Of a stretch of DNA of 64,000 bases, positions 1 through 10,107 are shown one piece after another. A model generated the notes under the pieces. The model ran no database searches. It was not told where the DNA came from and saw only the letters and a program-made list of their open reading frames with translations. The position numbers and the translations under genes were made by a program. This DNA is from Candidatus Altimarinota bacterium (GTDB taxonomy: Bacteria; Patescibacteriota; Gracilibacteria; CAIRYL01): positions 512,001 to 576,000 of the forward strand of contig OZ252287.1 in NCBI GenBank assembly GCA_965250085.1. The letters run 5' to 3'. Every line of letters begins with the position of its first letter. Positions within the stretch are counted from its first letter, which is position 1.

Positions 1-639
1 GCCTTCCGCATCAAAATCTTTTTCTTTTCCCTGTGCTCTCGATCGCTTTTGTTCGAAGTTTTTGTAGAGTTCAGCATAATTCGCTGCTCTTTCTTGCGCT
101 AATTGAGTTCTATGCCAAAGAGACTGCAATAATTCAGGATTTTGTGAAACCGCAATTTTGAGATCTTCTTCAGAGAGCTTGAAGCCTTCATATGATTTTT
201 GGTAAAGATCGAGAATTGTATTGGCATACTTTCCCGAAAGCTTGATGTCCTTGCTTTCAATCATTTCCATATATTTTCCAGCATATTGCTGGTAGTACTC
301 CCGTGCATGATCCAGCGCTCCTTGTACTCCCCCTTCATTCGCCGCATTTTGCGTATCTCGGCGCATCTCCTCTTGAGTTGGCAGTTGTTCTGCCGTAGTC
401 TCCTCACTTTCTTTTGGATCTCCATGTTTTTCTGGTTTTGATTCTGTTTCATGAGTAGCTCGCTCCCTTTCAGCAAGCTTCCTTTGTACTTCTTCATCTT
501 TATTAAGACGATCTGCCAACTGATATTGTTTTTGAGAAGAGTCAGCAAGTGTCATCTTTTTTTCATTTTGTATTTGTTCTACCAATGCGTCATGAGCTGC
601 ATCATTTACTATTACCGGTGATTCTGGAGTTTCTGCCAT
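1..639 (-). CDS. Hypothetical charged/helical protein, 3'-truncated by the window edge
   Basis: ATG at 639 (MAETPESPVIVNDAAHDALVEQ...) stays open to position 1. It is missing from the ORF track because it has no stop in the window. Confidence 0.7.
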   Translation of the reverse strand, partial: MAETPESPVIVNDAAHDALVEQIQNEKKMTLADSSQKQYQLADRLNKDEEVQRKLAERERATHETESKPEKHGDPKESEETTAEQLPTQEEMRRDTQNAANEGGVQGALDHAREYYQQYAGKYMEMIESKDIKLSGKYANTILDLYQKSYEGFKLSEEDLKIAVSQNPELLQSLWHRTQLAQERAANYAELYKNFEQKRSRAQGKEKDFDAEG

Positions 640-671
640 ATTTTGTATTTATTTTTTTGAAATAAAAAAAT

Positions 672-1196
672 CTAGAGTCTGAGTTTCCTGATCAGCCAGT
701 CAAAAAATCCTTCATCCTTCCCCACGAGCTCTGGCACAAAACGAGCCAGTGTCTCGCGAATTTCAGCAGGGTCTTGATCTCCCATAAGCACCGAAACCTC
801 TTTCACCACATTTTTCATCAGTCTCAGATTCAGCGTTTCTACCTCACCAGGTTTAAAAATAATCCAAAAATTACGGATATTGGAATACGGATAAAAATAA
901 TGATCCACCTCTACTCCCATATCTGTAATGTGAATTTCTATCTTTTTTGGTGGCTTGTGTACGAGTCCGTATACTCCTGCAAAGAGTGCTATCACAATAG
1001 CAAAAGGGTATGAATCAGAAAGAATACCGTACACAATCATCCCCATAATCACGACAATAGCGCAAAATTTCCAGAACGTGTTTTTTTCATGGTATACATA
1101 TTCTGGAACACTCCAGGACAAGAGTTTTCTCCCCTTTGACTGACGTAGTCCAGAAGTCGATATTTGAGGAGCTTTTTTCATATACAGTACAAACAA
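672..1196 (-). CDS. Membrane protein with two TM helices and a PH-like C-terminus, common in CPR
   Basis: Pattern W...PEY...K...W, two hydrophobic segments, then I.I...GV.V....YPY..I..FWI. Confidence 0.6.
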   Translation of the reverse strand: MFVLYMKKAPQISTSGLRQSKGRKLLSWSVPEYVYHEKNTFWKFCAIVVIMGMIVYGILSDSYPFAIVIALFAGVYGLVHKPPKKIEIHITDMGVEVDHYFYPYSNIRNFWIIFKPGEVETLNLRLMKNVVKEVSVLMGDQDPAEIRETLARFVPELVGKDEGFFDWLIRKLRL

Positions 1197-1360
1197 AAAA
1201 TTATCTTATCAGTATACCAAAAAAAGAGCTCAAGAGAAAGAGAAAAAGCGGGAAAATTGCTTCCTATTTACTGACAACTGACTACTGACAACTTCATTCC
1301 TGAATCCTTGATACCTCTCCACAGAAAGCGTATCATCATCCCACTCTTATCCCCTGAAAG

Positions 1361-1987
1361 ATGACCTATACATGGCAATTCAATGCTCGTCCATACTCTG
1401 GTGATGAAGCAAAAACGCTTTTGGCAGATGTGATGAGTGCCGAAACATCAGATTGGCATTACAATACACATCACAAAGGATATATAGGAGCCCTCAATAC
1501 CATTGAAAAATCACTTGAGAAGTGCTCTCATGAGGGAATCAACGGAAATTATTCCGAATTTGGAGAACTCAAACGCCGACTTCCCTGGAACCATGCAGGC
1601 ACTGTCCTCCATGATGTGTACTGGTCAGCACTCGGAGGAAATGGAGACAATTCTGCTGCTCCAGAATTGATGAAAGCTCTCAAAGAGCATTTTGGATCGT
1701 ATGAGGCTTGGGAATCAGATTTCGTAAGGAGTGCTATGGGCACAAAACTCAGCGGTTGGGCAGTACTCACCCATGATCAACTCTATTCTGATAGGCTACT
1801 GAATGGAGTCGTAGACGAACACCAAAACGGAGCCATATGGGGAGGAGTCCCACTTCTCAGCATTGATATGTTTGAACACGCGTATTATCACAAAGACGGA
1901 CCCGCCAGAATGGCATATATCAAAAACTTCCTCTCAAATCTTCATTGGGGAAGAATTGAAGAGCGATATTTAAAGTACAAGAGATAG
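1361..1987 (+). CDS. sod: Fe/Mn superoxide dismutase
   Basis: Motifs HYNTHHKGY, NHAG..LH..YW, SGWA.L and DMFEHAYY (D-x-x-E-H-A-Y signature). Confidence 0.93.
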   Translation: MTYTWQFNARPYSGDEAKTLLADVMSAETSDWHYNTHHKGYIGALNTIEKSLEKCSHEGINGNYSEFGELKRRLPWNHAGTVLHDVYWSALGGNGDNSAAPELMKALKEHFGSYEAWESDFVRSAMGTKLSGWAVLTHDQLYSDRLLNGVVDEHQNGAIWGGVPLLSIDMFEHAYYHKDGPARMAYIKNFLSNLHWGRIEERYLKYKR

Positions 1988-2105
1988 GCAATACCTGCTC
2001 CCCTGAGAAGGAGAGATGTCGAGCTTGCGAGACAGAGGGGTTTTAAAATCCTTATCTCCATAGTGTGGCGAAGCCCTGTGGAGCTTTTTTGAGCAAATAC
2101 CCCCT

Positions 2106-2726
2106 CTAAGCTCCCTCTAAAAGGGGGAAAAATGGGAGATTTATCTCAAAAAACGCCTTCATGCGGGCAAAAAATTCACGGAATTCAAAGAAATCAATCT
2201 TTGCATATCCCTGTCGATCCGAAGCATATCCCCAAGATTCAATCCCTGCTTTTTCACACAGGTATATTGCTCTCGGAAGATGAAATTCCTGTGTGACGAG
2301 GATCGCTTTTTCTATCCCAAAGACTTTCCCAGCTCGAGTGCATGAGTCGAACGTACTAAGCCCCTCTGGATCAAGAAGAATATTGCCCTCAGCAACATCA
2401 AATGCCATCGCTTCGGCTTTCATCACATTGACCTCACTATAATCATCAGCAATACCATCTCCTGTCATGAGAAGCTTGTCGACCTTTTGAGCCAGATAAA
2501 GCTCGGCTGCAGATGCTACACGATCTGCCAATACGGCACTTGGATATGTGTTTTTTACGACTGATGCTCCAAATACAATAGCCACGGGAGCTTCCGGAAT
2601 TTTCTGAATTTCTAATATTTTATTCCGAGCATTCCATAAAATAGTGACCTGAGGAAGAAAAAATACTAAGAATCCTCCTGCAACTACAAAAAGAAACAAA
2701 CGAAAGAGAAAAGTTTTGAACTTCAT
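2106..2726 (-). CDS. SanA/YdcF/ElyC (DUF218) family protein
   Basis: AIVFGA, LADRV..AAELY, LLMTGD, G.STFDSC.RA and VTQEFHLPRA motifs. Probable start MKFKTF at 2726. Confidence 0.88.
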   Translation of the reverse strand: MKFKTFLFRLFLFVVAGGFLVFFLPQVTILWNARNKILEIQKIPEAPVAIVFGASVVKNTYPSAVLADRVASAAELYLAQKVDKLLMTGDGIADDYSEVNVMKAEAMAFDVAEGNILLDPEGLSTFDSCTRAGKVFGIEKAILVTQEFHLPRAIYLCEKAGIESWGYASDRQGYAKIDFFEFREFFARMKAFFEINLPFFPLLEGA

Positions 2727-2813
2727 GTGGACGTATTGTGGCAAAAAATAAAAAATTCGGAAAGCATTGTTTTTTTATAACTTTTTTGAGAAAATCCCGC
2801 TGCAATAGAGCGT

Positions 2814-3050
2814 ATGAAGGCTTCTTTTTCTATACTTTGCTTGGCGTTACTTTTCTCTGGATGTATTGCAGAAAAGGAAGCGAATCCTGATGAAGATTTT
2901 GAATCTTTTTATCAGGGGTCTCCACAGGATTTTGTAGAAGAACTCACTCCTCCCAAAAATGATGTAATTGAAAAAACCACTTCCGAATCCTTTGAGTTTT
3001 CTGGAGGCAATAGTGATTGGCAGTGTAGTGTCACTTGCTCTCCCCGTTAG
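2814..3050 (+). CDS. Small putative lipoprotein
   Basis: Signal peptide ending in lipobox LFSGC; C-terminal CxxxC. Confidence 0.5.
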   Translation: MKASFSILCLALLFSGCIAEKEANPDEDFESFYQGSPQDFVEELTPPKNDVIEKTTSESFEFSGGNSDWQCSVTCSPR

Positions 3051-3072
3051 CATATTCTTTTACTTTCTTTCT

Positions 3073-3672
3073 ATGAAAAAATTTCTTTTACTTCCCCTTA
3101 TGATTCTTGCACTTACCGCTTGTTCCCACGTGAAAAATGATACAGGCGAGACGAATGAGCCTCCCTCTTTTGATCAAGCAGCCTCTCCTGAAAGAGGAGA
3201 AGACGTGGCCGTTATTAGTACTCGACTCGGTGATATCACACTTCGACTCTTTCCCAAACAAACTCCCAAAACAGTAGAAAATTTTGTAACACATGCCAAA
3301 AATGGATATTACAACGGCATTATCTTTCATCGAGTGATTCCAGATTTTATGATCCAGGGCGGTGATCCCGATGGCACCGGCCGAGGTGGAGAGAGTATCT
3401 GGGAAGCTGATTTTGAAGATGAATTTGATACAAATTTGAACAATATTCGTGGATCGCTCTCTATGGCAAATCGTGGCCCTGGTACCAACGGTTCTCAGTT
3501 TTTTATCAATCAAAAAGACAATCTCTTTTTGGACAACAAGCACACTGTCTTTGGGCAAGTAATTGAAGGTATGGACGTAGTAGATCAGATTGTTGCACTC
3601 GAAAAAGACGCGAACGATAAGCCGGTAGAAGATATTGAGATGACAATTACAATAGTGAAGCACAAGAATTAA
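3073..3672 (+). CDS. Cyclophilin-type peptidyl-prolyl isomerase, lipoprotein
   Basis: PKTVENF, FHRVIPDFMIQGGDP.G.G.GG, SMANRGP.TNGSQFFI and HTVFGQV motifs. Lipobox LTAC follows start MKKFLL at 3073. Confidence 0.95.
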   Translation: MKKFLLLPLMILALTACSHVKNDTGETNEPPSFDQAASPERGEDVAVISTRLGDITLRLFPKQTPKTVENFVTHAKNGYYNGIIFHRVIPDFMIQGGDPDGTGRGGESIWEADFEDEFDTNLNNIRGSLSMANRGPGTNGSQFFINQKDNLFLDNKHTVFGQVIEGMDVVDQIVALEKDANDKPVEDIEMTITIVKHKN

Positions 3673-3680
3673 ACTGGAAG

Positions 3681-3802
3681 AATTACTAATGACAAATTAC
3701 TAATACCTAATCAAATCCTAATGTCTAATGACAAAATACGTTTTGAAGTATTCAGTCATTGGCCATTGATTCGTCATTAGAGCAATTAGGTATTAGGCAT
3801 TT
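3681..3802. repeat. Inverted arrays of degenerate heptamers (TAATGAC-like facing GTCATTA-like)
   Basis: taatgac/aaattac/taatacc/taatgtc/taatgac followed by gtcattg/gtcatta/ggtatta/ggcattt. Confidence 0.7.
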
Positions 3803-3860
3803 TTTCGCTTATTATAAGCGAACATACGTTCCTCAATAATCTTCAATTTATAATTCACAC

Positions 3861-5303
3861 ATGGTAATCGTCAGGTACCCACCTTCTCCGACAGGACTTT
3901 TGCATGTTGGCACAGTCCGTACCATGCTCTATAACTACCTGTTTGCGAAACAAAATGGTGGAAAGATTGTGATGCGACTGGAAGATACAGATGCACAGCG
4001 TTCTACGAAGGAGTTTGAGGAAGATATTTTGAATGGAATTCAAAAACTTGGGCTCAATTGGGATGATGATGTCATTCACCAAAGTGAAAGAACCGATATC
4101 TATTCTGAGCATCTCAAAAAACTGCTCAATGAAGATAAGGCATACTATTGCTTTTGCACAAAAGAAGAACTCGCAGAAGAACGAGGAAAGCGCGAAGCCC
4201 AGAAGCTTCCTCCGAGATATTCTGAAAAATGCTCTCATCTTCCTCCCTCTGAGCAAAATGAAAGAATTCAAAGAGGAGAAAGCGTAGTGATTCGATTTCG
4301 TACTCCAAAGGAGCAAGAGGTTGTGTTTCAAGATTTAGTGCGAGGTGAAGTGAAATTTCATACAAAAGATTTAGATGATTTTGTTATCGCAAGAAGCGCG
4401 AATGATCCTCTGTATAACTTTACCGTCGTAATTGATGATCACCTTATGAATATTTCACATGTGATTCGTGGAGAAGATCACATTTCTAATACCCCAAAAC
4501 AAATCTTGATCTATCAGGCGTTCGGGTGGGATGCACCAGCATTTGCTCATATTCCCCTTATCCTCAATCAGGACAAAAGTAAGCTCTCCAAGCGGAAAAA
4601 TAAGGTAGCAGTCGATGATTATTTGGAAGACGGCATTTTGCCGGAAGCACTTCTCAATTTTCTTGCACTTTTGGGATGGAATACCTCTGATGAAAACGAA
4701 ATTTTTAGCATTACAGATCTTATTCGTGAGTTTTCACTCGATCGAGTACACAAAGGGGGAGCCATTTTTGATCTCGAAAAACTCATGTGGCTCAGTGGTA
4801 TGTGGATCAGACAAAAATCTCTTGAAGAATTTACTTGCCTCGCTGAACCATTTTTACAAGAAAATATTTTTACAGAAGGAAGGAAAGAGTATGGAGAAAA
4901 GTTCTATGAAAAAGCTCTCAGTTTGGTTCAAGAACGATGTAAAAAACTTTCAGAACTTCCCGATTTTCTGCGTTTTTTCTTTATCGAAAGACTTGAGTAT
5001 TCTGCAGAACTTTTTCATCACAAAAAAATGAAAGTAGACAGGGATATTGCATTTCAGGCTCTCAATGAAGGAGTAGCTCTGCTCGAAAAAATCTCAGAAT
5101 CTGATTGGAGAGAAGGACATTTAAAAGAACTACTCCTTAAAAAGGCAGAAGAACTTGGATGGAAAAATGGACAACTGCTCTGGCCACTGAGAGTAGCTCT
5201 CTCAGGAGAAGAATTTTCCCCGGGAACTTTCGAGCTACTCGAAATCTTTGGAAAAGAGCGAAGTTTGCAAAGAATTGAGCGTGGAATAAAACTGTTACAA
5301 TAA
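3861..5303 (+). CDS. gltX: Glutamate--tRNA ligase
   Basis: RYPPSPTGLLHVG (HIGH), RLEDTD..RS, HVIRGEDHISNT and KLSKR (KMSKS) motifs. Confidence 0.97.
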   Translation: MVIVRYPPSPTGLLHVGTVRTMLYNYLFAKQNGGKIVMRLEDTDAQRSTKEFEEDILNGIQKLGLNWDDDVIHQSERTDIYSEHLKKLLNEDKAYYCFCTKEELAEERGKREAQKLPPRYSEKCSHLPPSEQNERIQRGESVVIRFRTPKEQEVVFQDLVRGEVKFHTKDLDDFVIARSANDPLYNFTVVIDDHLMNISHVIRGEDHISNTPKQILIYQAFGWDAPAFAHIPLILNQDKSKLSKRKNKVAVDDYLEDGILPEALLNFLALLGWNTSDENEIFSITDLIREFSLDRVHKGGAIFDLEKLMWLSGMWIRQKSLEEFTCLAEPFLQENIFTEGRKEYGEKFYEKALSLVQERCKKLSELPDFLRFFFIERLEYSAELFHHKKMKVDRDIAFQALNEGVALLEKISESDWREGHLKELLLKKAEELGWKNGQLLWPLRVALSGEEFSPGTFELLEIFGKERSLQRIERGIKLLQ

Positions 5304-5316
5304 TAATTTTTTGAAT

Positions 5317-6006
5317 TTATAGTTGAGTCGCTCTGTTTGCCGCATCACGAATTCCTCTAGATTTCAGTTTACTAATTACTGCAAATACCGCCTTTTTGTT
5401 TTCATCAGATGGATGAAGTCCAAGATATTTTTTTCGCTCCTGAAATCCTTGTTGTTCTAAAAAATCTATTGCTCTCTGAGAATGTGGTCCTACCCAATCG
5501 ACGCAATTAAAATCTTGTACAAATATCACATTATCTACACTATCAAGGTTGTAATTCCCACCAAGTTCGGAAAGATATTCCCATTCACATCCATTTATAA
5601 GTCTGAAATTGAAATTCTTTAATTGAGTCGATATTGTTTCATTTAAACCACTTCTTTCTTGTTCCCAGTTATCTGGCATCTCAACTGGACTCCACGAATC
5701 GTCATGCCTAATTCCATTGGCTTCCAAAAGTTCTTTTTTCTCTGGAGTGTTAAAACCCATCCAATACAATCCCTCTTGTGGATCAACGAAGGCAAGTATT
5801 CCATCTCGAACAGAATATGTTCCTTTATGCCCCCCCCTATATATAAACCCAGACCCCTCTCTCTTATTTTGTCCCCTCAAAACAACCTTTCCTTTCATAT
5901 TTTTTGATCCTGTTGCATTTACAAAACCATGTTCGCTCAGGTTGTGGGGGAGAAAAAATGCATTGAATTTCTCACCCAGACTTTCATTAGCGTGATTTAA
6001 AGGCAT
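5317..6006 (-). CDS. Hypothetical protein with an internal duplication
   Basis: 229-aa ORF with two similar segments of the form G.Y...D....D...W.G......L...G. Confidence 0.6.
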   Translation of the reverse strand: MPLNHANESLGEKFNAFFLPHNLSEHGFVNATGSKNMKGKVVLRGQNKREGSGFIYRGGHKGTYSVRDGILAFVDPQEGLYWMGFNTPEKKELLEANGIRHDDSWSPVEMPDNWEQERSGLNETISTQLKNFNFRLINGCEWEYLSELGGNYNLDSVDNVIFVQDFNCVDWVGPHSQRAIDFLEQQGFQERKKYLGLHPSDENKKAVFAVISKLKSRGIRDAANRATQL

Positions 6007-6062
6007 CTTAACAATTGCTATATAATATATTGTAACCTATAAATATATATTTGTAAATTAAT

Positions 6063-7268
6063 TTAAGACACTTTTATTTCTTGAAAACTCCTTTTATTGC
6101 ACCGAAACATCAACACTGAAAAAAGCGTTGTTACAAGCGTCATAATCACCAGTGCAGAAAATATCTCCTGAGAAATAATTCCTGCCTGAAATCCAATATT
6201 AGCAAGGATAAGCTCCACTGCTCCCCTTCCATTCATCGCAATTCCCACTCCGAATGATTCTTTCATCGTCATCCCGGAAAGTTTGGCCGGAATACCAGCT
6301 CCAAAAAGTTTTCCGAGTATAGCAACTACGCTGAGCAAAAATGGGAGAAGGAAATTCCCAGTAAGAACCTCCCAGTCGAGAGAAAACGCAAGGGAAGCAA
6401 AAAAGAGGGGGCCAAAAAAGCTGTAGGCAAATGCTTCAGTGCGATCTTCAACTTTTTCAAATACTGAACCGTCAATCATGTCTTCTCTCAAAAAAAGTCC
6501 AGCGAGAAAGGCTCCAACAATCAAGTGAAGTCCTATTGCCTCTGCAATGAGTCCAAAAGTAAGTGCGAGAATAATCAGAAACATAAATCCACTGTCTCCA
6601 TGAGACATGATACGACGAAAATATCGAAAAAGAGTGTCTCCTAAAAAAATAATTACTCCAAAAAAGAGAATGGTCTTCCCCAGAAGCACAAAAATTTCAG
6701 CAGAATGAATGCTTCCTCCTTCTGCGATACTCAAGACCACTGAAAAAAGAATGAGGGCCAAAACATCATCAATGAGTCCCGCTCCTAAAGACACGCGAGC
6801 AACGCGACTATTTTCTATCTTGCAGTCAGAAAACATGCGAGCTGAAACAGCAATAGCGGTAATAGAGAGTCCCATTGCCATGTACAGCGACGCCGTAAAA
6901 GAAAATCCAAATATTTGTCCTACAGCATATCCTCCAATAAAGGGAAGTACCATTCCTCCAATCGCTACGGGGAAAAATTTTCTAGAAGCTTTTAAAAATT
7001 CATCTGGATTTGTTTTGAGTCCGGTATAAAGCATGAGGAAAAAAATACCCATTTCACCAAACAGTTCAATGACATTAAGCTCCGCACTTTTGACAAAAAG
7101 TGGAGCAACCAAAACTCCTGCCAGCATTTCTCCAAACAGAGAAGGAAGTTTGAGCTTTTCAAAAATCTTTCCAAACATCCAGATAGCTCCCAGCAAAATT
7201 GTAAGCAGGAGAGGGAAGGAAAACTCTGAGGGATGTGGCACGAGAGAAGCGAGATCGGCAGAAATCAT
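6063..7268 (-). CDS. Cation:proton antiporter (CPA2/NapA-like)
   Basis: About 12 TM helices; SITAIAVS, GLIDDV, GAFLAGL and MNGRGAVELI motifs. Confidence 0.92.
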   Translation of the reverse strand: MISADLASLVPHPSEFSFPLLLTILLGAIWMFGKIFEKLKLPSLFGEMLAGVLVAPLFVKSAELNVIELFGEMGIFFLMLYTGLKTNPDEFLKASRKFFPVAIGGMVLPFIGGYAVGQIFGFSFTASLYMAMGLSITAIAVSARMFSDCKIENSRVARVSLGAGLIDDVLALILFSVVLSIAEGGSIHSAEIFVLLGKTILFFGVIIFLGDTLFRYFRRIMSHGDSGFMFLIILALTFGLIAEAIGLHLIVGAFLAGLFLREDMIDGSVFEKVEDRTEAFAYSFFGPLFFASLAFSLDWEVLTGNFLLPFLLSVVAILGKLFGAGIPAKLSGMTMKESFGVGIAMNGRGAVELILANIGFQAGIISQEIFSALVIMTLVTTLFSVLMFRCNKRSFQEIKVS

Positions 7269-7304
7269 ATGAGAGGGACTACAACAACATAATGTTTCAC
7301 GAAA

Positions 7305-8483
7305 TTAAGTCACTTTTTTCTTTTTTCGAAGGATCTTAGCAACAGGTTTGAATGTTACTATCGAAAATAATGTGGTAACAAATGCCATAATGACAAGTGC
7401 GGAAAAGAGATCTTCACTTAAAATACCCGCTTCGAGTCCGACAGTTGCAATGATAAGCTCTACCGCTCCCCGACTGTTCATCGCCAGTCCCACTGCAAGT
7501 GATTCTATTTTAGTCATGTTGAGAAAGTATGCTGGTATGCCGGCCCCAATGACCTTCCCCAAAATTGCTATTGCAAGCAGTACAATGAGAAAGAGCGCGT
7601 TTGTTTTTAAAATAGAAAAGTCCAAATGAAACGCAAGGGAAGCAAAAAATATAGGACCTAAAAAGCTATAACTGAGTCCAAAAATACGATCTTCTATTTT
7701 TTTAAAGAGATGCTCATCAAGGATTTCTTCACGAATAAAGAGCCCTGCTAAAAATGCGCCAACAATTGTGTGGAGTCCTATAGAGTGTGCTACGTATCCA
7801 AAGGCAAATGCGAGAACAAGTGTGAATGTAAATCCTTTGTTCCCTCTGTAAAGTATTTTCCCCAAATGATGAAAATATTTGCTTCCTACATAGAGAGATA
7901 CTCCAAAGAATACGACTATTTTTCCGACCAGGAAGAGTATTTGCTCAAAATCTATTGCTCCCTCTTTTCCAATGGAAAGTGCTATAGAAAAAAGTATAAG
8001 CGCAAAAACATCATCAATAAGTGCTGCTCCCAGGGAAACGCGAGCAACAGAAGTTTTACTCACACGGCAATCTTTAAAAAGCCTTACTGAGACTGCTATT
8101 GCTGTAATAGAGAGTCCCATCCCAATATAAAATGACTCTGATGGCGCAAAACCAAACCATCTCCCAACTCCATATCCACCAAGAAGTGGTAAGATCATTC
8201 CTCCGATAGCAATGGGGAAGAATTTTTTGGAAGCATTAAAAAAAGACTTGGGGTCAGTTTCGAGCCCTGAGTGAAGCATAATGAAAAATATTCCCAGTTC
8301 TGCCAGCGCGAGAATATGCTCCGAATCTGGTGGCACAAAACCAAAAACCAAAGGTCCTACCAAAACTCCTGCGAGAACATCACCAAAAATTCCTGGGAGG
8401 CGCATTTTGCGAAAGAGAGCTCCCAGTACCCAAACAGCGACCAGTAGGATAAACAACTGCTGAATAAGATCACCTGAGATCAT
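7305..8483 (-). CDS. Cation:proton antiporter (CPA2), tandem paralogue
   Basis: Same motifs as the neighbour: SITAIAVS, ALIDDV, GAFLAGL, MNSRGAVELI. Confidence 0.92.
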   Translation of the reverse strand: MISGDLIQQLFILLVAVWVLGALFRKMRLPGIFGDVLAGVLVGPLVFGFVPPDSEHILALAELGIFFIMLHSGLETDPKSFFNASKKFFPIAIGGMILPLLGGYGVGRWFGFAPSESFYIGMGLSITAIAVSVRLFKDCRVSKTSVARVSLGAALIDDVFALILFSIALSIGKEGAIDFEQILFLVGKIVVFFGVSLYVGSKYFHHLGKILYRGNKGFTFTLVLAFAFGYVAHSIGLHTIVGAFLAGLFIREEILDEHLFKKIEDRIFGLSYSFLGPIFFASLAFHLDFSILKTNALFLIVLLAIAILGKVIGAGIPAYFLNMTKIESLAVGLAMNSRGAVELIIATVGLEAGILSEDLFSALVIMAFVTTLFSIVTFKPVAKILRKKKKVT

Positions 8484-8653
8484 AGGCTTTGTCCTTTAAA
8501 ATAACGTTTTTATCCTATCACATTTCATAATACTGAAAATATTATTTGCAGGAAAAAATAATTTTTTCTTTATAAAGGCACAACATCCATGCGTATTAAC
8601 TTTTTTAATAGCAAAGAGAATATTGATTTTTATAGGTATCTATAAAAAGTATA

Positions 8654-9363
8654 GGCTCTTGAGTAGAATAATTACTTCAATTATTCTCTTAACATGCTTA
8701 AACACAGTAAAATATCGAATTATAAGATCAAAAAAATATTGAAGTGTTTTTGTGAAGATCTCAATGCATCAAAAACAGCAAATATTCTAGATCTCAATCG
8801 GAGAACGGTTGATCGATATTTTAATATTTTTAGAGAAAAGATTGCAAAGTTCTCTTTAGCACAGTCAAAGAGTTTTGGAGAATTTGAACTTGATGAAAGT
8901 TACTTTGGAGCAAAGAGAGTGAGAGGAAAGAGAGGAAGAGGAGCCGCAGGAAAGACTCCTGTCTTTGGAATCCTTCAAAGAGAAGGAAGGGTATTTGTTT
9001 CTATTGTAAAAGATTGCTCCAGAAAAGAGCTCCTACCTATTATTCAAGGAAAAATACTAGAAGGATCAACTATTCATACTGATGGATGGAGAGCTTATGA
9101 TGGACTCATTCTCAATGGATATGATCACTATCGTATTCATCACTCAGAAAATGAATTTGCACGAGGAAAATGTCATGTAAATGGTATTGAATCCTTTTGG
9201 TCTTTTGCGAAAAGAAGACTCTCTAAGTTTAACGGAATTGCTTCTCACAAGTTTAACTTTCACCTCAAAGAATGTGAGTGGCGATGGAACTATAAAGATC
9301 AAGATATTTTTGTTATAATGTCCAAAATTATCAGAGATTTTTAAAATCTCCTACTCTAGAGCC
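8654..9363 (+). mobile_element. IS1595-family insertion sequence, copy 1 (710 bp)
   Basis: Terminal inverted repeats GGCTCTTGAGTAG / CTACTCTAGAGCC; 8-bp target duplication AAAGTATA; identical by eye to 62806-63515. Confidence 0.95.
8694..9344 (+). CDS. IS1595-family (ISXO2-like DDE) transposase
   Basis: ELDESYFG, GKRGRGA.GK.PVFG, IHTDGW.AY and HVNGIESFWS motifs. Confidence 0.95.
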   Translation: MLKHSKISNYKIKKILKCFCEDLNASKTANILDLNRRTVDRYFNIFREKIAKFSLAQSKSFGEFELDESYFGAKRVRGKRGRGAAGKTPVFGILQREGRVFVSIVKDCSRKELLPIIQGKILEGSTIHTDGWRAYDGLILNGYDHYRIHHSENEFARGKCHVNGIESFWSFAKRRLSKFNGIASHKFNFHLKECEWRWNYKDQDIFVIMSKIIRDF

Positions 9364-9371
9364 AAAGTATA

Positions 9372-10031
9372 TTAGTTTCGGGAAAGTGAAAGCATAAAGA
9401 TCAGCATGTCCTTAAACAGAAGTATCATATCCAGAAATAGACTCAGTGCCGCATAAATGGGATTGGGATATCGTCCTTTTTTTATGTTTTGAATATCATA
9501 GGCGGCAAATGCAGAAAACAGAATAACTCCAATGGCGGATGAAACCAATTGTACTGTTCCTGAAAACCAAAATATTTGTAAAATCCCTACGATAATAAGC
9601 CCAATGAGTGCCATCAGGAGAAACCCTCCCCATCCAGAAAGATCTTTTTTTGTCGTAAATCCCCACAATGCAGATGCAGCAAACATACAGCCAGAGGCCA
9701 CAAGTGCCTTGAGCACCAACCCTGCTTGTCCAGTCCCTACGGCATACGCCACTACGGGAAACGTGCTAATTCCCATGAGAAGAGCAAAGAGTCCAAACAT
9801 GGGAATTGCCCACCTGCGACTTTCGCTCCATTTGCCTGCGGTAAAAATAATGACAAGAGTAACCGCAAATAAAACCCATAAAAACCACATACCAGTGAAT
9901 TGAAGAATATAACCCGCCACAAAGACTCCAAGGGCACTGATCCCTATTGCGAGTGCAAAATATGCCCAGGTGGCAGAAAGAAAGCTCGGCGTGACCTGAG
10001 TCTGGGAAGGGTATGAAAGAGGATTGTTCAT
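9372..10031 (-). CDS. Bax inhibitor-1/YccA family membrane protein
   Basis: Seven TM helices; TKKDLSGWG, AYDIQNI and AALSLFLD motifs. Probable start MNNPL at 10031. Confidence 0.88.
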   Translation of the reverse strand: MNNPLSYPSQTQVTPSFLSATWAYFALAIGISALGVFVAGYILQFTGMWFLWVLFAVTLVIIFTAGKWSESRRWAIPMFGLFALLMGISTFPVVAYAVGTGQAGLVLKALVASGCMFAASALWGFTTKKDLSGWGGFLLMALIGLIIVGILQIFWFSGTVQLVSSAIGVILFSAFAAYDIQNIKKGRYPNPIYAALSLFLDMILLFKDMLIFMLSLSRN

Positions 10032-10107
10032 AAGAATTGTAATAGAGATATAAGAATTGTAATTTCTTTCAAGAAGAAAATCAAAAATATCATCTCCCAT
10101 AAATTCT

